This document shows positions 49,551 through 61,260 of a stretch of 64,000 nt of DNA, piece after piece (position 1 is the first letter of the stretch; each line of letters begins with the position of its first letter). This stretch comes from Lama glama (Eukaryota). The notes under the pieces are model-generated. The model saw only the letters and a program-made list of their open reading frames with translations, did not search any database and was not told where the DNA came from. Position numbers and translations under genes: made by a program. The stretch spans positions 20,834,001-20,898,000 of the forward strand of contig CM052818.1 in assembly GCA_028534125.1 (NCBI GenBank), written 5' to 3'.

Positions 49551-50729
49551 AGCAAGTTTGGAGCCAGATTTAAATGTAATCATAATGGTCTTTCAGATTA
49601 AGGGTATTATACCCTTAAAGACAGTCTGTATTCAGCACAAAGATGTAACAAGACTTGGGTTATGTATGCTTTGTTTGTAGGGGAAAAAAAAGAAGAGTCT
49701 CTGGAACATACTAGCTTTCGGTGTTATTCTCTGTCATCACATGGCTGAAATTAGACTCTGTCTTTCCTCTGGAGAAAACATTACCTCCTCCAATAAAGGA
49801 AAGTTTGCCTATTTATTTTATTAAGGAATCTGTAGGAAATGGATTCTTCACATAGAGTGTGTAGAATTTTATGCTGTTCAGCTGCAGATATGCTGTTTCC
49901 TGAATATTGCACTGAAAAGAAGTCCTTTCCATTATGTTTTTTAGAATGAGACATGTACATTTCAAAATAAGCAGCCTGATGGTGACCACACTTGGTATCT
50001 TCTCATTTCAAGAGATGAGTAGGGTAAAAAGCAGGCATGGCATATTCATCCTAGAAATGTACCCACCTCTGCCAGAAGAGGTTTTTAAGTAAGAGAGAGA
50101 GAGAAAGAAAGAACGCAAAGTCTTTAAGAAATGTCAGTTTTAAAACATAGTAAGAAAATCCATATTATAGAAGATATAAGGAGAACATGGGATTAAGAAA
50201 CGCTACTATTGCTACAGATAGATTTCAGTAGTCCTTTGAACGCATTCTGTTCTCAACCTCTTTTACTTGTTTCAGGGTCTTCTCACATTTATCTGATTAT
50301 TTCATGTCCTACTTCACTGAAGAAAAATTAAAGCTACCTTCCTCAGATTGTCTCCATATCTTTACTCATTCTCTCCTATCCTGCCCTGAGCTACCCTTCC
50401 ATCTCTGGATTCTGTTTCTCTTCCCACTCTCACTTCTCACTGGTTGCTGCTAAGGACACCCGACCATTCTCTTGGTCTCTCTGAGTCCTAATTGCCTTAC
50501 CTTTAAAATTTGGGTTGGGGAGTAGCAGCCAAATGAATAAAGTCTTTTTGTTTTTATAAATGTTAAGACTGTCTCTTATCTTTAATGTTTCCATAATTTA
50601 TTTCTTTTGTTTTGCCCCACAGACAAATTACTGCTGTGGTCTTGGTTCTTCATTCCCTAAAAGCTGAAAGCAGCAACCACGTTTTATCTTACTTCCTCCT
50701 AGAACTTCTGTCTCCATGCTCCTTCTTTC

Positions 50730-51360
50730 CATTGCCAAACTTCTCAGAAGAATTATCTGCCTCTCATTTTTACTGCTTGCTCTCTCTCAGCCTTTATGGA
50801 TTGGCTTCTGTCCTCACCACACTTTTGGAATTACTCTCTCCTGATGGTCAGAACCAGTGACCTCTTTCTGTCCTCAAACCACTTTACTCATTCTGCTACA
50901 TCTGACACCATCAACTTGCTGACCTTATTTCATGACTTTAATTTTTAAATTCTGTCTTGTCTGACTTCTTCCTCTGGCCCTCAAAACGTAGATATTTTTC
51001 TTGGTTTTACCTTAGCCACCTTCTCCTGGATTGGTCACATCCACTCACATGGCTGTCTTTCCCTCCCTTCCACTGCTAATTCCAATCCTACATTTCAACA
51101 CCCCTAGTCCAGGCTCTCGCTCTCCCTTTCCATTTGTCTGCAAGAGATTTTCTCTTGAAATCTTAGCTACTCAGACTCAATATATCTAAAAGTAAAACTT
51201 GTATCCTCCTTTCTCCCTCCCTTTATAACTTTATAACTCCGTCTTCTCCTCACCAGCCCCATATAAACACAAGACAGACAAATAAACAAAAAGGCTTGGT
51301 CTTGCTCTCGTCCCGTAAGGAATGGTTAATGGCACTACTGTCTTTCCATTAACCAAGGCT
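50730..51360 (+). mobile_element. LINE-2 fragment
   Basis: 'tggcttctgtcctcaccac', 'ctcagactcaatatatctaaaagtaaaact', 'atggttaatggcactactgtctttcca'. Confidence 0.65.
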
Positions 51361-51374
51361 AGAACTGACAGAAT

Positions 51375-52185
51375 TACTCATTCATTTGTTAAACATATAC
51401 CTTCTGAGACCTGCTGTAGTCTAGGTACTGTTCTGCAGTCTTGGAATACATTCAAAGATCCTTGCTCTCAAGGAGACAGACAGTATACAACTAGCATAAT
51501 AAATAAATTGCATAGTACAATAAAGGTGATAAGAGCTGTGAGAAAAGAGAAAGAGGAGAGTAATGGGGGTCAGGATTCCCAGGATTATGATTAAGGGCTT
51601 GCAAATTTGAGTAGCATAGTCAGGGTGGGCCTAATTGACAAGGTAACATGTGAGCAAAGTCTTGGTGGAAGGAAAGGAGTTAGCTGTGCAGATACCTGGG
51701 GGAAGGGTGATCCAGGAGAAGGACCAGACAGTGTAAAGGCCCTAATGTGGGAGCCATCCTGGCATGATCAAGAAATAGCAAGGAGGCCGGTGCATCTAAA
51801 GCAGAGTGAGCAAGGGAGCGAAAAACAAGAGATCAGGTCAAAAGGGCATTGGGAGTCTACTGTAGGGACTTGACCTTAATTCTAAGAGAAACCCAGAACC
51901 ACAGCAGGGTTTTTTTTTTTTTTTTTTTTTTGCTGAAGAGTGACATGCTCTGATTTACATGTTAAAAAGATCCCTTTGTTTGCTATATTAAGGGGACTGT
52001 AGGGGGGTCGTGGTAGAAACAGGGAAACCCGTTAGACTAATTGCAGTGATCCAGGTGAAAGATGGTGATGACTGAGACTACGGTGATAGAAAAGTTGGTG
52101 AGAAGTTGTCAGATTCTAGGTATATTTTAAAAGTAGAGTCAATATGATTTGCTGACAGATAGAATGAAGGTCATGAAAGACAGTA
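51375..52185 (-). mobile_element. LINE-2 (L2a-like) 3' portion, antisense
   Basis: 'actcattcatttgttaaacata', 'aaggtaacatgtgagcaaagtcttg', 'ttgcagtgatccaggtgaaagatggtgatg', 'cagattctaggtatattttaaaagtagag'. Confidence 0.85.
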
Positions 52186-52294
52186 ACTGGATGTGAATGA
52201 CAAAAATAATACGAATACCAGAGACACTGGAGGAAGAAGTGGAAACTCGTACTGGAGGGGAATGGAGAAGAGAGAAGTTTAAGAATTAAACTTT

Positions 52295-52560
52295 GATCCC
52301 TCCCTTAGTGATTTCTTCCATCTCATGGCTTTAAGAACTTTGCTAAACACATGACTCTTAAATTTATATCCTCAGCACAATCTACTCCTTCAAACTCCAG
52401 ACTCATATATCCTACGGTCTGCTTGATGTCTCAAACCTAACATGCTTTAAATTGAACTCTAGGTCTTTCCCCTAAATCTTACTCCAACCATGGTCTTCCT
52501 CATCTCAGATGACGCATCCTTTTGGCTTCTCAGTCCAAAAGCCTTCAAGTCATCCTTGGC
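52295..52560 (+). mobile_element. LINE-2 fragment
   Basis: 'tctcatggctttaa...atgactcttaaatttatatcctcagc...aactccagactcatatatcc...tctcaaacctaacatg'. Confidence 0.8.
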
Positions 52561-52964
52561 CTTATGAGATACGCCTATCTGGAAACAACTCTGTGCTTCC
52601 TCCTGTGAACAACTCTGTGCTTCACAAGGGGCCCTTACTAATTATTGGCCTCTTTTATGGTCATTTGTGGGTAAGTTTTATCCTCCCTGTTTTGGTAGGC
52701 TCCTTGAGAGCATAAATCACCTCTATTCATTTTTATATCCTTCAGGCTAATTAAAAAGCTTCTTTTGCTGTGAGCCTCAGTATTCCACTTTTCCTCAGTT
52801 ATTCATAATAGACTTGGGTGGTCAAAAAGAAGTATGACACAGTAGAATATTGTCGTTAAAGTGAAGCTGTGAGCCTCTCCAGTTGTCCTTGTCCCTGCAA
52901 AATAAATAATGAAGCTGAAAATTTCATACCAGATTTGCTAGGCTAGTGGCAGTTAAATTTAAGG

Positions 52965-53080
52965 TAGGCTGTAGCTCCCGTAAGACAGGAATCATATGAA
53001 TCTGGTTTACCACTCTGTCTCCAGCACCTAACACAGACTGATAATGACAGTATTTGTTTAATGAAAGAATAAATGATAGA
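52965..53080 (+). mobile_element. LINE-2 3' end
   Basis: 'gtagctcccgtaagacagga...tctccagcacctaacacag...tatttgtttaatgaaagaataaatg'. Confidence 0.7.
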
Positions 53081-54315
53081 AATAGAGAATGAAGGATGAC
53101 TATGCAGAAGAACCCTAAGGAAACGGAACTACTAAGAAATGACGATTTTAATAGAGCAAAAAGAAGTATCTAGCTTTACTTCAATTACTTCAATTTAAAT
53201 ATTTTTTCTGTAGTCTAAACTGGCTGAGATCAATGCAGTTGTGTAAGCAAAACTGTTTGTGGAACATCTCATTCATCCTTTCTGCCATTTTCTGTCCCAC
53301 ATGTTGAGTAAGTACTTCTTTCAGAATCCTCTGTGGATTGAAGGGATTTTAGGACCTCCCCAAGTTGAGTCCCATGCCTGCAGAGTATTGGGTGCAGAGC
53401 CCAGGCCATCCTAGTTTTTACAGATTAGAAAACAGAGACAGACCATGAAAGGATTATCACCCATTTTCTGCCATCATCCAGAAATTGTCACAGTGTCTCC
53501 ATGTGTGATTTCACTAGGTTGGCTGTTGCAAGCCATGCGAATAAAATGGCTGCTGTGAGTAGAATGAAGTCCAGAAACAGCCTGGTTAGGGGTTGCCACT
53601 CCCCCGTGCCTCCTCTGTTTTTGTTCTACCATCCTGGTTGATCAGGAGAGCCAAAGGCAAGTATCTGATTTCCCTCTTTTCTTGAATAAGGTGCCGGGAG
53701 GTAGTGCTTTGTGCTGCAAATTACGCTGATTTGTACATGTCACAGTGAGACCTGGCACTCTCCCAAAGAATCTGCTGCATAAAGAATTTGATTCACTCCA
53801 GATAGTTAAGCTTGAAAGTTGTTATGTTCTTGATTTAACTTGAAAAATGCCAGGAAATTTAATGTCAAGATTGTCACTCGGCACTCATTTTGATAAAACG
53901 TTAGTTAGTATTTAATTGTTATTTCTATTTTAGCCATCAGGGAAAATTTTGAAAAGATTAGTTTCTAGAAGTGGTTAACAGCCTGTGTAGCAGGTACATG
54001 ACATGCAGTACCAAAATAATGGACTGGGTAAGTGTATATCAAGGAATGATTTATCTCAGTATCTGCACTAGAATATTAGTACTGTGGTATTCCCTTTATT
54101 ACTGCCGATGTACCTATTTCTGACCCTTAGAATCAGTGTTGAAAAGTATGTTTTCAGAGAGTAAACAACCATCAATTTAAAATTCAGGTCTGAAACAGGA
54201 GTAATCACATAACCTAACAAAATATTTACTTGGGGACAGGAGATCTGCTGTACAAAAGCCAAGCAATGTTTATTCTTAATTTACGAAAAACTCATGTCAG
54301 GTTTTTAAGACCTCA

Positions 54316-54610
54316 AGTTGATCAGAGGGTACAAGCTTCCAATTATAAGTAAGTTCCAGGGACCTAATGTATAGCATGGTGATTGTTGTTAATACTGTAC
54401 GGTTATATACTTGAAAGTTGCTAAGAAAATAGATCTTAAACGTTTCACCCCCAAAAAAGAAATGGTAATTATGTGACCAGAAAGAAGTGTTACGATAATG
54501 CTGTGGTGTTAATCATTTTGCAGTTACGAGTGTATCACAACAGATTATGTACCTTAAACTTATACAATGTTATGTGTCAATTATATCTCAATAAAGTTGT
54601 GGAGGAAAAA
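54316..54610 (+). mobile_element. L1 3' end (L1MA9-like)
   Basis: 'agggtacaagcttccaattataag...gacctaatgtatagcatggtgatt...acttgaaagttgctaagaaaatagatcttaaa...tcaattatatctcaataaag'. Confidence 0.9.
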
Positions 54611-55914
54611 ACCCGCAAAAGTAGAATTAACCCAGCAAGGACTCTGTGATTAGATAAATGAATGCGAGGATCCCAGCTGGTGTCCTTGGGCTAAAAGCAG
54701 TGGGGCCTGGGGTGGGGGATTGAGGGCATGGAGGTGGGCTTGGTGGGGAGACCCTTTAGAAGTCCTGCCTTGCTCTCTGCCGTGGAGCTGACATAAATCA
54801 AACCAGACACTGGCTAGTGGCCCATACTGAAGCCCTTTAATGATGGAGCACATCTCAGTCTCTGTTTCTTTCCCATTCCTGTTCAAGGGTTGAGCATCTC
54901 TGAACTCTTCTTTCAGCATTGCTTTCAGAGGCTTCGCCACATTCTTCCCAACTTTAGTTTTCTGCCCAGCGAGAAGAGAAGCCTTCTGGCTAATAAGCAG
55001 CTGTAATGCAGGGAGTTCAGACTGTTTTTGTTTAGAAGACAAAACAAAATGGCAGCAGCAGAGCTTTGATATTCATAGTTTTGATGGTGAGCAACCCAGA
55101 AGGCCCATGACTTGTGGTGATTTGTAATTTTTCTGAGGGGTAAGTCACTTAGGCTAATGAGTATGTCTGGTGCACCTCCCCACATCTAAAATTCACCACA
55201 ATGTTATTCTGCACTCATGTGCCAACTAACTTCTGCAATGATAAAAACATGTTTCTTTGTGGGAAACTTGCCTGAAAAGAAACCCAGCTACAAATGCTGT
55301 AAAATAAATGAAGATTAAGTAAACAGACCTAAAAAGTTATTTGCAGATTTGAAAGATCTTAAATTTTTCTGGACTTGCCCCACAAGAGTTGGCAACATTC
55401 AGACATGAAAATTAAGGCAGAATCTTTGTTGGCTTTGATAAGTAATGTCTTAGGACATGTATCAATTAGTTACTCCATGTTAACTTCTTCTGTGGAGCTA
55501 TAATTAGACAATATTAGATTGTCTTTTCATAAAGAAATGTAGAATCATAAAAGAGAGGCCAAACCTAAAATATAAAGATGACAAAAGGACAGATTACTAA
55601 AAGTGATTTGGGGTGTTTTTTTTTCCTTGTTAGTGCTGTAGTTAAAAACCCAAACATCTTATTATAATTCCCAGGAAGTAACATTCATCATATTTTCAAA
55701 AGTGCTTTCACAAAAGAGAAAAATGATGAAAGAGAGTCTACCCACTTGAGAATCAGGTGACCAGGATGTGGGATTCTTAGGAACTGACTGTCATATCTAA
55801 TGTCTTACACTCTGTTCCAACACACACCGCACAAAGTGTTGGGCAAGACTGTTACAGATAAATTGGAAGTTTAAGAATCTGAGATGGTACCTGACTTTCC
55901 CTTTGGAGGCGCAC

Positions 55915-56115
55915 AGTGCCAGGTTGCCTGGGTTCAAATCATGCCTATTTGATCTGGGAAAGTTATTTAACCTCCCTGTACCTCATTTGCTTTACCTGTT
56001 AAATGAGGATAATAACACTACCTATCTCATAGGATTACATGAGTTACTGTCTATAGAATTCTGAGCACCTGGGAGAGAGTAAGCTATTGTTACTGGTATA
56101 GCCATTATTGCTGTT
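55915..56115 (+). mobile_element. MIR SINE
   Basis: 'gcctgggttcaaatc...gggaaagttatttaacctccctgtacctcatttgc...aaatgaggataataacactacctatctcataggatt'. Confidence 0.85.
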
Positions 56116-57219
56116 ATTTTTGTTGTGACTGAGAATGGGCTGTCAAGCTGAGTCATAAAAGAAAAGGAGGGGGTGGATTTATAACCGTGAGTTTCCCAGG
56201 AAAATGTTTTACTATGTGATCTAACTATAATTAAACTATAATATAATTTGACATTGTCAATATTACACTGGGTCCTGGAACTGGAGAAGACACTGGTTTC
56301 TCTCCTACATATCTGGAGCTCCTTTGAGTACCCCATGGATGAGGAGTGAGAGGGAGTTACTCGCCATGAAGTTGTGCTTCTTCTGTCTCTTCCATCTCCA
56401 AAGTATTTGCCCTTCTCCTTCTCTCCTCTTCCTCTTCGTCACTCTGTCTGGAGCCTGAAACTCAGTAGGGTATTGATTTAGTCTCCCATTATCTCCCTCC
56501 TCCCCTTCCTGTCCCTAGTCTAGCTATGGATTTTAATCTTAGCCTGTCTTCTAACTCTCTGTGTGCCCATAAGCAAATTACTTTGACCTCAATCGCCTGC
56601 TCTTTCAATGAAATAAAAATGGCTCTGCCCATTCAGAGGACAACCAGGGAATTTATGGAAATGGCAGATGTTAAGCATTTTCAAATTCCTTGAAAATAAG
56701 ATTCCTTGACAGGATGGAATTCATAATAAAAAGATATTTCCCATGGAGTAAAGTCCTTTATTCTAATACATGGGCTTTATCACCTAGTAGTGCCGGAGCT
56801 GTTTAATTTAAACTCTACTATCACTACCCAGTGTGTTTTTGAATACTACTTTTTTATTTGCTCCTCTCTTTCAAATATTCACAGGCAGTAATCTACACTG
56901 TGGCTTTATAGACAGTAAATTAAATTATATAAATTCTAAACACAGTGTTTTTGAGCTGTAGAGAGTCTGCAGCCTTTGAAACCACTAACTTAATTTTGTA
57001 CAACTCTTATTTGGTAACTTAAAAAGAACCAAACTCTTTCCTTTTGAATTTGGTTTAAAAAATAATAAATTGCTCCCAGGCAGTAGTCTTGGGTGCCAAA
57101 TTTTATCTGGGATCTAAATCATCTATGTTGAAAATCCCCCAAAGTTAAGGGGTAAAGCGTGTTAATGAAATTGTGATAATGATGGACTTTTACCATAGCT
57201 ACAACCTTGTGGTCTCAGA

Positions 57220-57350
57220 CGTGTGACTTTGAGCAGGTCACTTAATCTATCTGAGTTTTGATTTCCTTATCTGCAAATCTACATCCACAATAAATTTTTG
57301 AGATAATTAAATGAAATCATCTTTATTAAGTACTTTCAAAGTATCTATTT
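57220..57350 (+). mobile_element. MIR fragment
   Basis: 'gtgtgactttgagcaggtcacttaatctatctgagttttgatttccttatctgcaaa'. Confidence 0.7.
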
Positions 57351-57540
57351 ATCTAAATGTAAAATCCTACCTCGATAAGAGCAGATATTAAGTGAAAGAT
57401 TATTTATTTCAATGTACTGTCATCACTTAAGTTAGAGTAAGCTTATTCAAGTCAAAGGCTCTGTTACCATCTTTCATAGAGTCTTCTTCCACAGTAAATA
57501 AAAACTTGCTGAAGAAAGCTGAGTGCCTTTCTAAATTATT

Positions 57541-57585
57541 ATTTTTGTTTTTTAATTTTTTTATTGAGGTAACATTGATATATAA
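57541..57585 (-). mobile_element. Extremely 5'-truncated retroposon (L1 3' tip plus A-tail) with 12-bp TSD
   Basis: TTCTAAATTATT occurs at 57529-57540 and 57586-57597. The insert on the minus strand is ttatatatcaatgttacctcAATAAA followed by an A-rich tail. Confidence 0.75.
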
Positions 57586-57617
57586 TTCTAAATTATTTTT
57601 AATTCACTGAAGCATTT

Positions 57618-57726
57618 TGTCACATTCCTTTGAAGAGCCTTGATTTTAGCAAATCTTTATTATTTGAGGGTGTCACATTCCTTTGAAGAGCCTTGATTTT
57701 AGCAAATCTTTATTATTTGAGGGTGT
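57618..57726. repeat. Perfect tandem duplication, 2 x 53 bp
   Basis: 57618-57670 is identical to 57671-57723 and is followed by TGT. Confidence 0.97.
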
Positions 57727-60419
57727 AGTGGGGGGAGGGGGGTGGCATATGAGTATGTTTAAAATAACCCAGACTCAATGGAAAGAGGATGATCAAACTG
57801 AGTAGTATTGGGTTGTTGGGGTTTTTTCTGTGAGTGTGTTTGTGGGGTTTCATTAATGGGGAGTTATTTCTTAAAGTGTAAGAAAACTAATTTTCCTTTG
57901 TCACTTACAAATTTATTTCTGAGGCAATTTCTTAGACAGGATTTTAGAAACCTTTAGAGCAATAATCACAACATTTCAACATATGATGTCTTCCCATTTT
58001 TATATACTCATACTCATTTGGATGTATATACATTTGTTTTTTCATTATAGATTTAATTAGATCATAATCACACAGTATATTATAGCCAGCAAGTGGTTCT
58101 GAAATACGAAAAGCTACATACAAATTAATGCTGCTATTCTTTGTGGCATTGGTTATTTCACTGGTCTTAGATATTTTGTTTGATGTTCTATATGAGCAAT
58201 ATCTTCTTCAACTATTTCTAAAGAGAAGATCATCCTAAACCTCAGACTTTTGGAGGATGTCTTTGTGTGCACATTTTCACTGGCTGGTTTTTGTTTTTTT
58301 TTTTTACAAAGTTAATTCCCTGTACTAAATTGCTAAAATAAAATAAAACAGTTTTCTAAGGATATATTCTCCCACTTACAATTAATGCAGTGTGCATCAA
58401 GTATCCGGTTTCAATGCATGTACAACAGACCTTTTAAAAAAGGAGGAAACTTTACTAAGTTCTTCAGACATTGGAAGCAGGTAACAGTCTGATGCTTATA
58501 AACCAAATCTTTTGAAAGACAAACTACATTCCTTAATCTATGGCAGCTTCTCCTTTTCACTTCTCGTTTTTATCTGCTGCCCATAAGTCAGAGAGTGTGT
58601 TTAGATGCAGGAGGTGCTCCAAGGATGCTCCAAATGGAGCAATGACACTAAAAGTGCCTCCACTGCCACCCAGATAGCTGCACACCATTTAAAACTATAC
58701 TCTCAGATCAAAGTCTATAAGGGCTTTCAGAACAACCTGGTTACCCTTTCTGAAAGGGTTACATTTTTTAAAAGTTTATCTGCAGTATGTAAGTTTTCAA
58801 AAGCTGTTAAGTTCTTAGGAAAATTACTTGCGCTTTCTGTGGCTGATTATATGCTAACAAAGGCCATTTCAGTCTTAACTTCGCTAGATACCTACTAGCT
58901 TCTACAATACAGTAGGTTGCTCCGTGGGCCTCTGTGAATGCACTGTGCTTGAATTTACCATTACTTGTGGATTTTGCACCAGCAAAGATTTTAAGAATTC
59001 TGGCCCAGTAACAATTCCTTGGTTTAGCAAAAAGGTTAGAAATAGAAAAGATTCTTCGATGATGATTAAAATGCAGTTCACACCACCACCCCTTTGATTT
59101 GACTGCTGAAACGGCAGATGTGGTCAAGCCAAACTCCTTCTGAAAGGAAACTAAAGTGTGCTACTGCACATGCACCTGGGTGAATTCAGCTCCCGGGAGA
59201 TAGGGTAAAGGGGGTAGCAGGTTTTCCTTCTTTGCCACCTTGTAATTTATATTTAGTCTTTAATATTAAGAGTGGTAAATTTAAAAATGTATATAGAGAG
59301 AATCTATGGTTTTTAGTGAAACAAATTATTACTGAACTTTCATTTGTGTCTTACCGCTTGCTCTATGGTCACAGTTAAGAAGGCCAGGTTACCTCTTAGA
59401 GTATATGTTCTCTTTTTAAGTCATTGAGTATCTGCCTTTATTGCAGATGATGAGCTGCTTTATCTGACGTTTCTAAAATGACTGTGCTCTTGCATTTATT
59501 GGTTTATTGATGTGATTACTTTAAAGCTGAGTAAAACTAATGGATAAAAATAAGTAAGTATGAAAGTCTCTTTTAAAAGTGTCCAGAGTGGAGAGACAAC
59601 TAGAAGTACTTTGATCCTTTGTGGAGTCTTAAATCCTGTGTGTGTGGCCCACGAAGCACATGCTAATATTAAGTTGTTTTTAAAGTGATGGAGTTGGCAT
59701 CATCATGGTTCTTCTGTGCTCTGTGGGGTATCATGTTGCTTTACTAGAATGAATCCTGGACTCCTAAATTTTTTTCTCCATGCTGGAAATGATTACATAA
59801 AACTGAATGGCTGTATCTGAAGCCTTATGAATCTTGGGAGATTCTTAGTCTTCAGGAAAAATATTACAAAATTCTTTGAGGGGAAAAACCTTGCATTTGT
59901 AACAAGTTTCTGTTGGAAGTATCAGCGATTTTAGGTTGTATAGCATTCTGTTTGAAAACAAGCAGTCTCTGTGCTGCAAGATCTGTGTTTTAACTTTGTG
60001 CAGATGTGTGCTGAAAGAACATGATGTGCTTATTTGTTGCATTTATGCTACTTTCTTACTTTAAGTAAGATGGATGAAATTACATATTAAATAAAAACAG
60101 CAGCTCAGACAGCAGTCCTTAGCAAACTGAAAAAGCCTTTCAGAAACAGTAGAGAAAAAGAAACTATGATTTTAATAACACATTGACTTTTGAGAGAATT
60201 GTCTACTTAAATACATTTATATAATAATTTCTCTGTGGAATGTATCAGTGTTAACTGTCTAATGTTTAAAACTAATCTACCATTAAATTGTGTGGGTAGA
60301 AGGTTACCCAAAGTATTGTGTTTTATATCTTAACCAAATATAGCACTTTAATTTTGACATAACTGCAGTTATAAACATACATACACTGATATGTATAACA
60401 TGAAACTCCAGTTAGTGAA

Positions 60420-60565
60420 AATAGCTGTGTGGCCTTGGGCAAGTTATTTAACCTCCCTGAACCTCAATTTTCCCTTTCTGTATGATGTGATACCTACCTT
60501 TTAGGATTATTGTCAGGGTTAAATGAGAACATCTATCAAGCACTAGCATAATGCCTGGCACATAC
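60420..60565 (+). mobile_element. MIR SINE
   Basis: 'tagctgtgtggccttgggcaagttatttaacctccctgaacctcaatttt...gcataatgcctggcacata'. Confidence 0.85.
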
Positions 60566-60655
60566 TTTTCAGAACATGTTCACTTACGTTCTAGTTCTAA
60601 GCTTTATAAAGTACATTGTGTTTTTATGTGGTACTTTTGAGCCAAAAAGTAACTT

Positions 60656-60740
60656 TGTATTGAGTATTACTTATCATACTGAATTCTAAAGTGAAACCAT
60701 GTATTGGATATTACTTATCACATTCAATTCTAGAGTGAAA
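60656..60740. repeat. Diverged tandem duplication, period 44 bp
   Basis: tgtattgagtattacttatcatactgaattctaaagtgaaa versus tgtattggatattacttatcacattcaattctagagtgaaa (35/41 identical). Confidence 0.9.
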
Positions 60741-61236
60741 ATTTGGAATAATATAGAATAAATTATTCTTAGGGTATTTAAAAGAACACATGTTTGTTGA
60801 GTGGCTACTGAGCATAAAACATTGTTTCCTATCACTTACAGTGGAATATATTTGAAATCCAGTAAGGGAGAGGTCAATCCATATGCTATTCCGAATTCAT
60901 TTTATAATCCCTCTCCCCTTTTGTTTGCTATTTTTCTTTTTCTGCAACCCTGTTGTAACTTTAAGACAGTTTTCAAAATATAAAAGCATCTGACTTTGTC
61001 CCTTAGTCATTTAAAAATAGGATTGATCAATACTGACGCATTTGCTAGGAGCACAATTTGGTGCTTTTTTATTGATTTCAGTTACCAGAGCCCTCAGGCT
61101 TATGTATGTGAGGATGAAAATGATATATGAAATATGGACCCAGGTTAAACAGACCAATATTATTCTTAGATCTGCAACCACTATAAACAGAATCCTTTAA
61201 ATGGAAGTCACTTTAGTACTAGTTAGTTAAACACAA

Positions 61237-61260
61237 ACACACACACACACACACACACAC
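61237..61260. repeat. (AC)12 microsatellite
   Basis: Read directly from the sequence. Confidence 0.95.

Noticed and set aside
50581..50622. Strong-looking acceptor (ttcttttgttttgccccacag)
   Set aside because: No convincing downstream donor; decoy acceptors are common in long introns.
57618..57726. Direct repeats as a possible CRISPR-like array
   Set aside because: Two abutting copies with no spacer, in mammalian DNA, with no cas genes.
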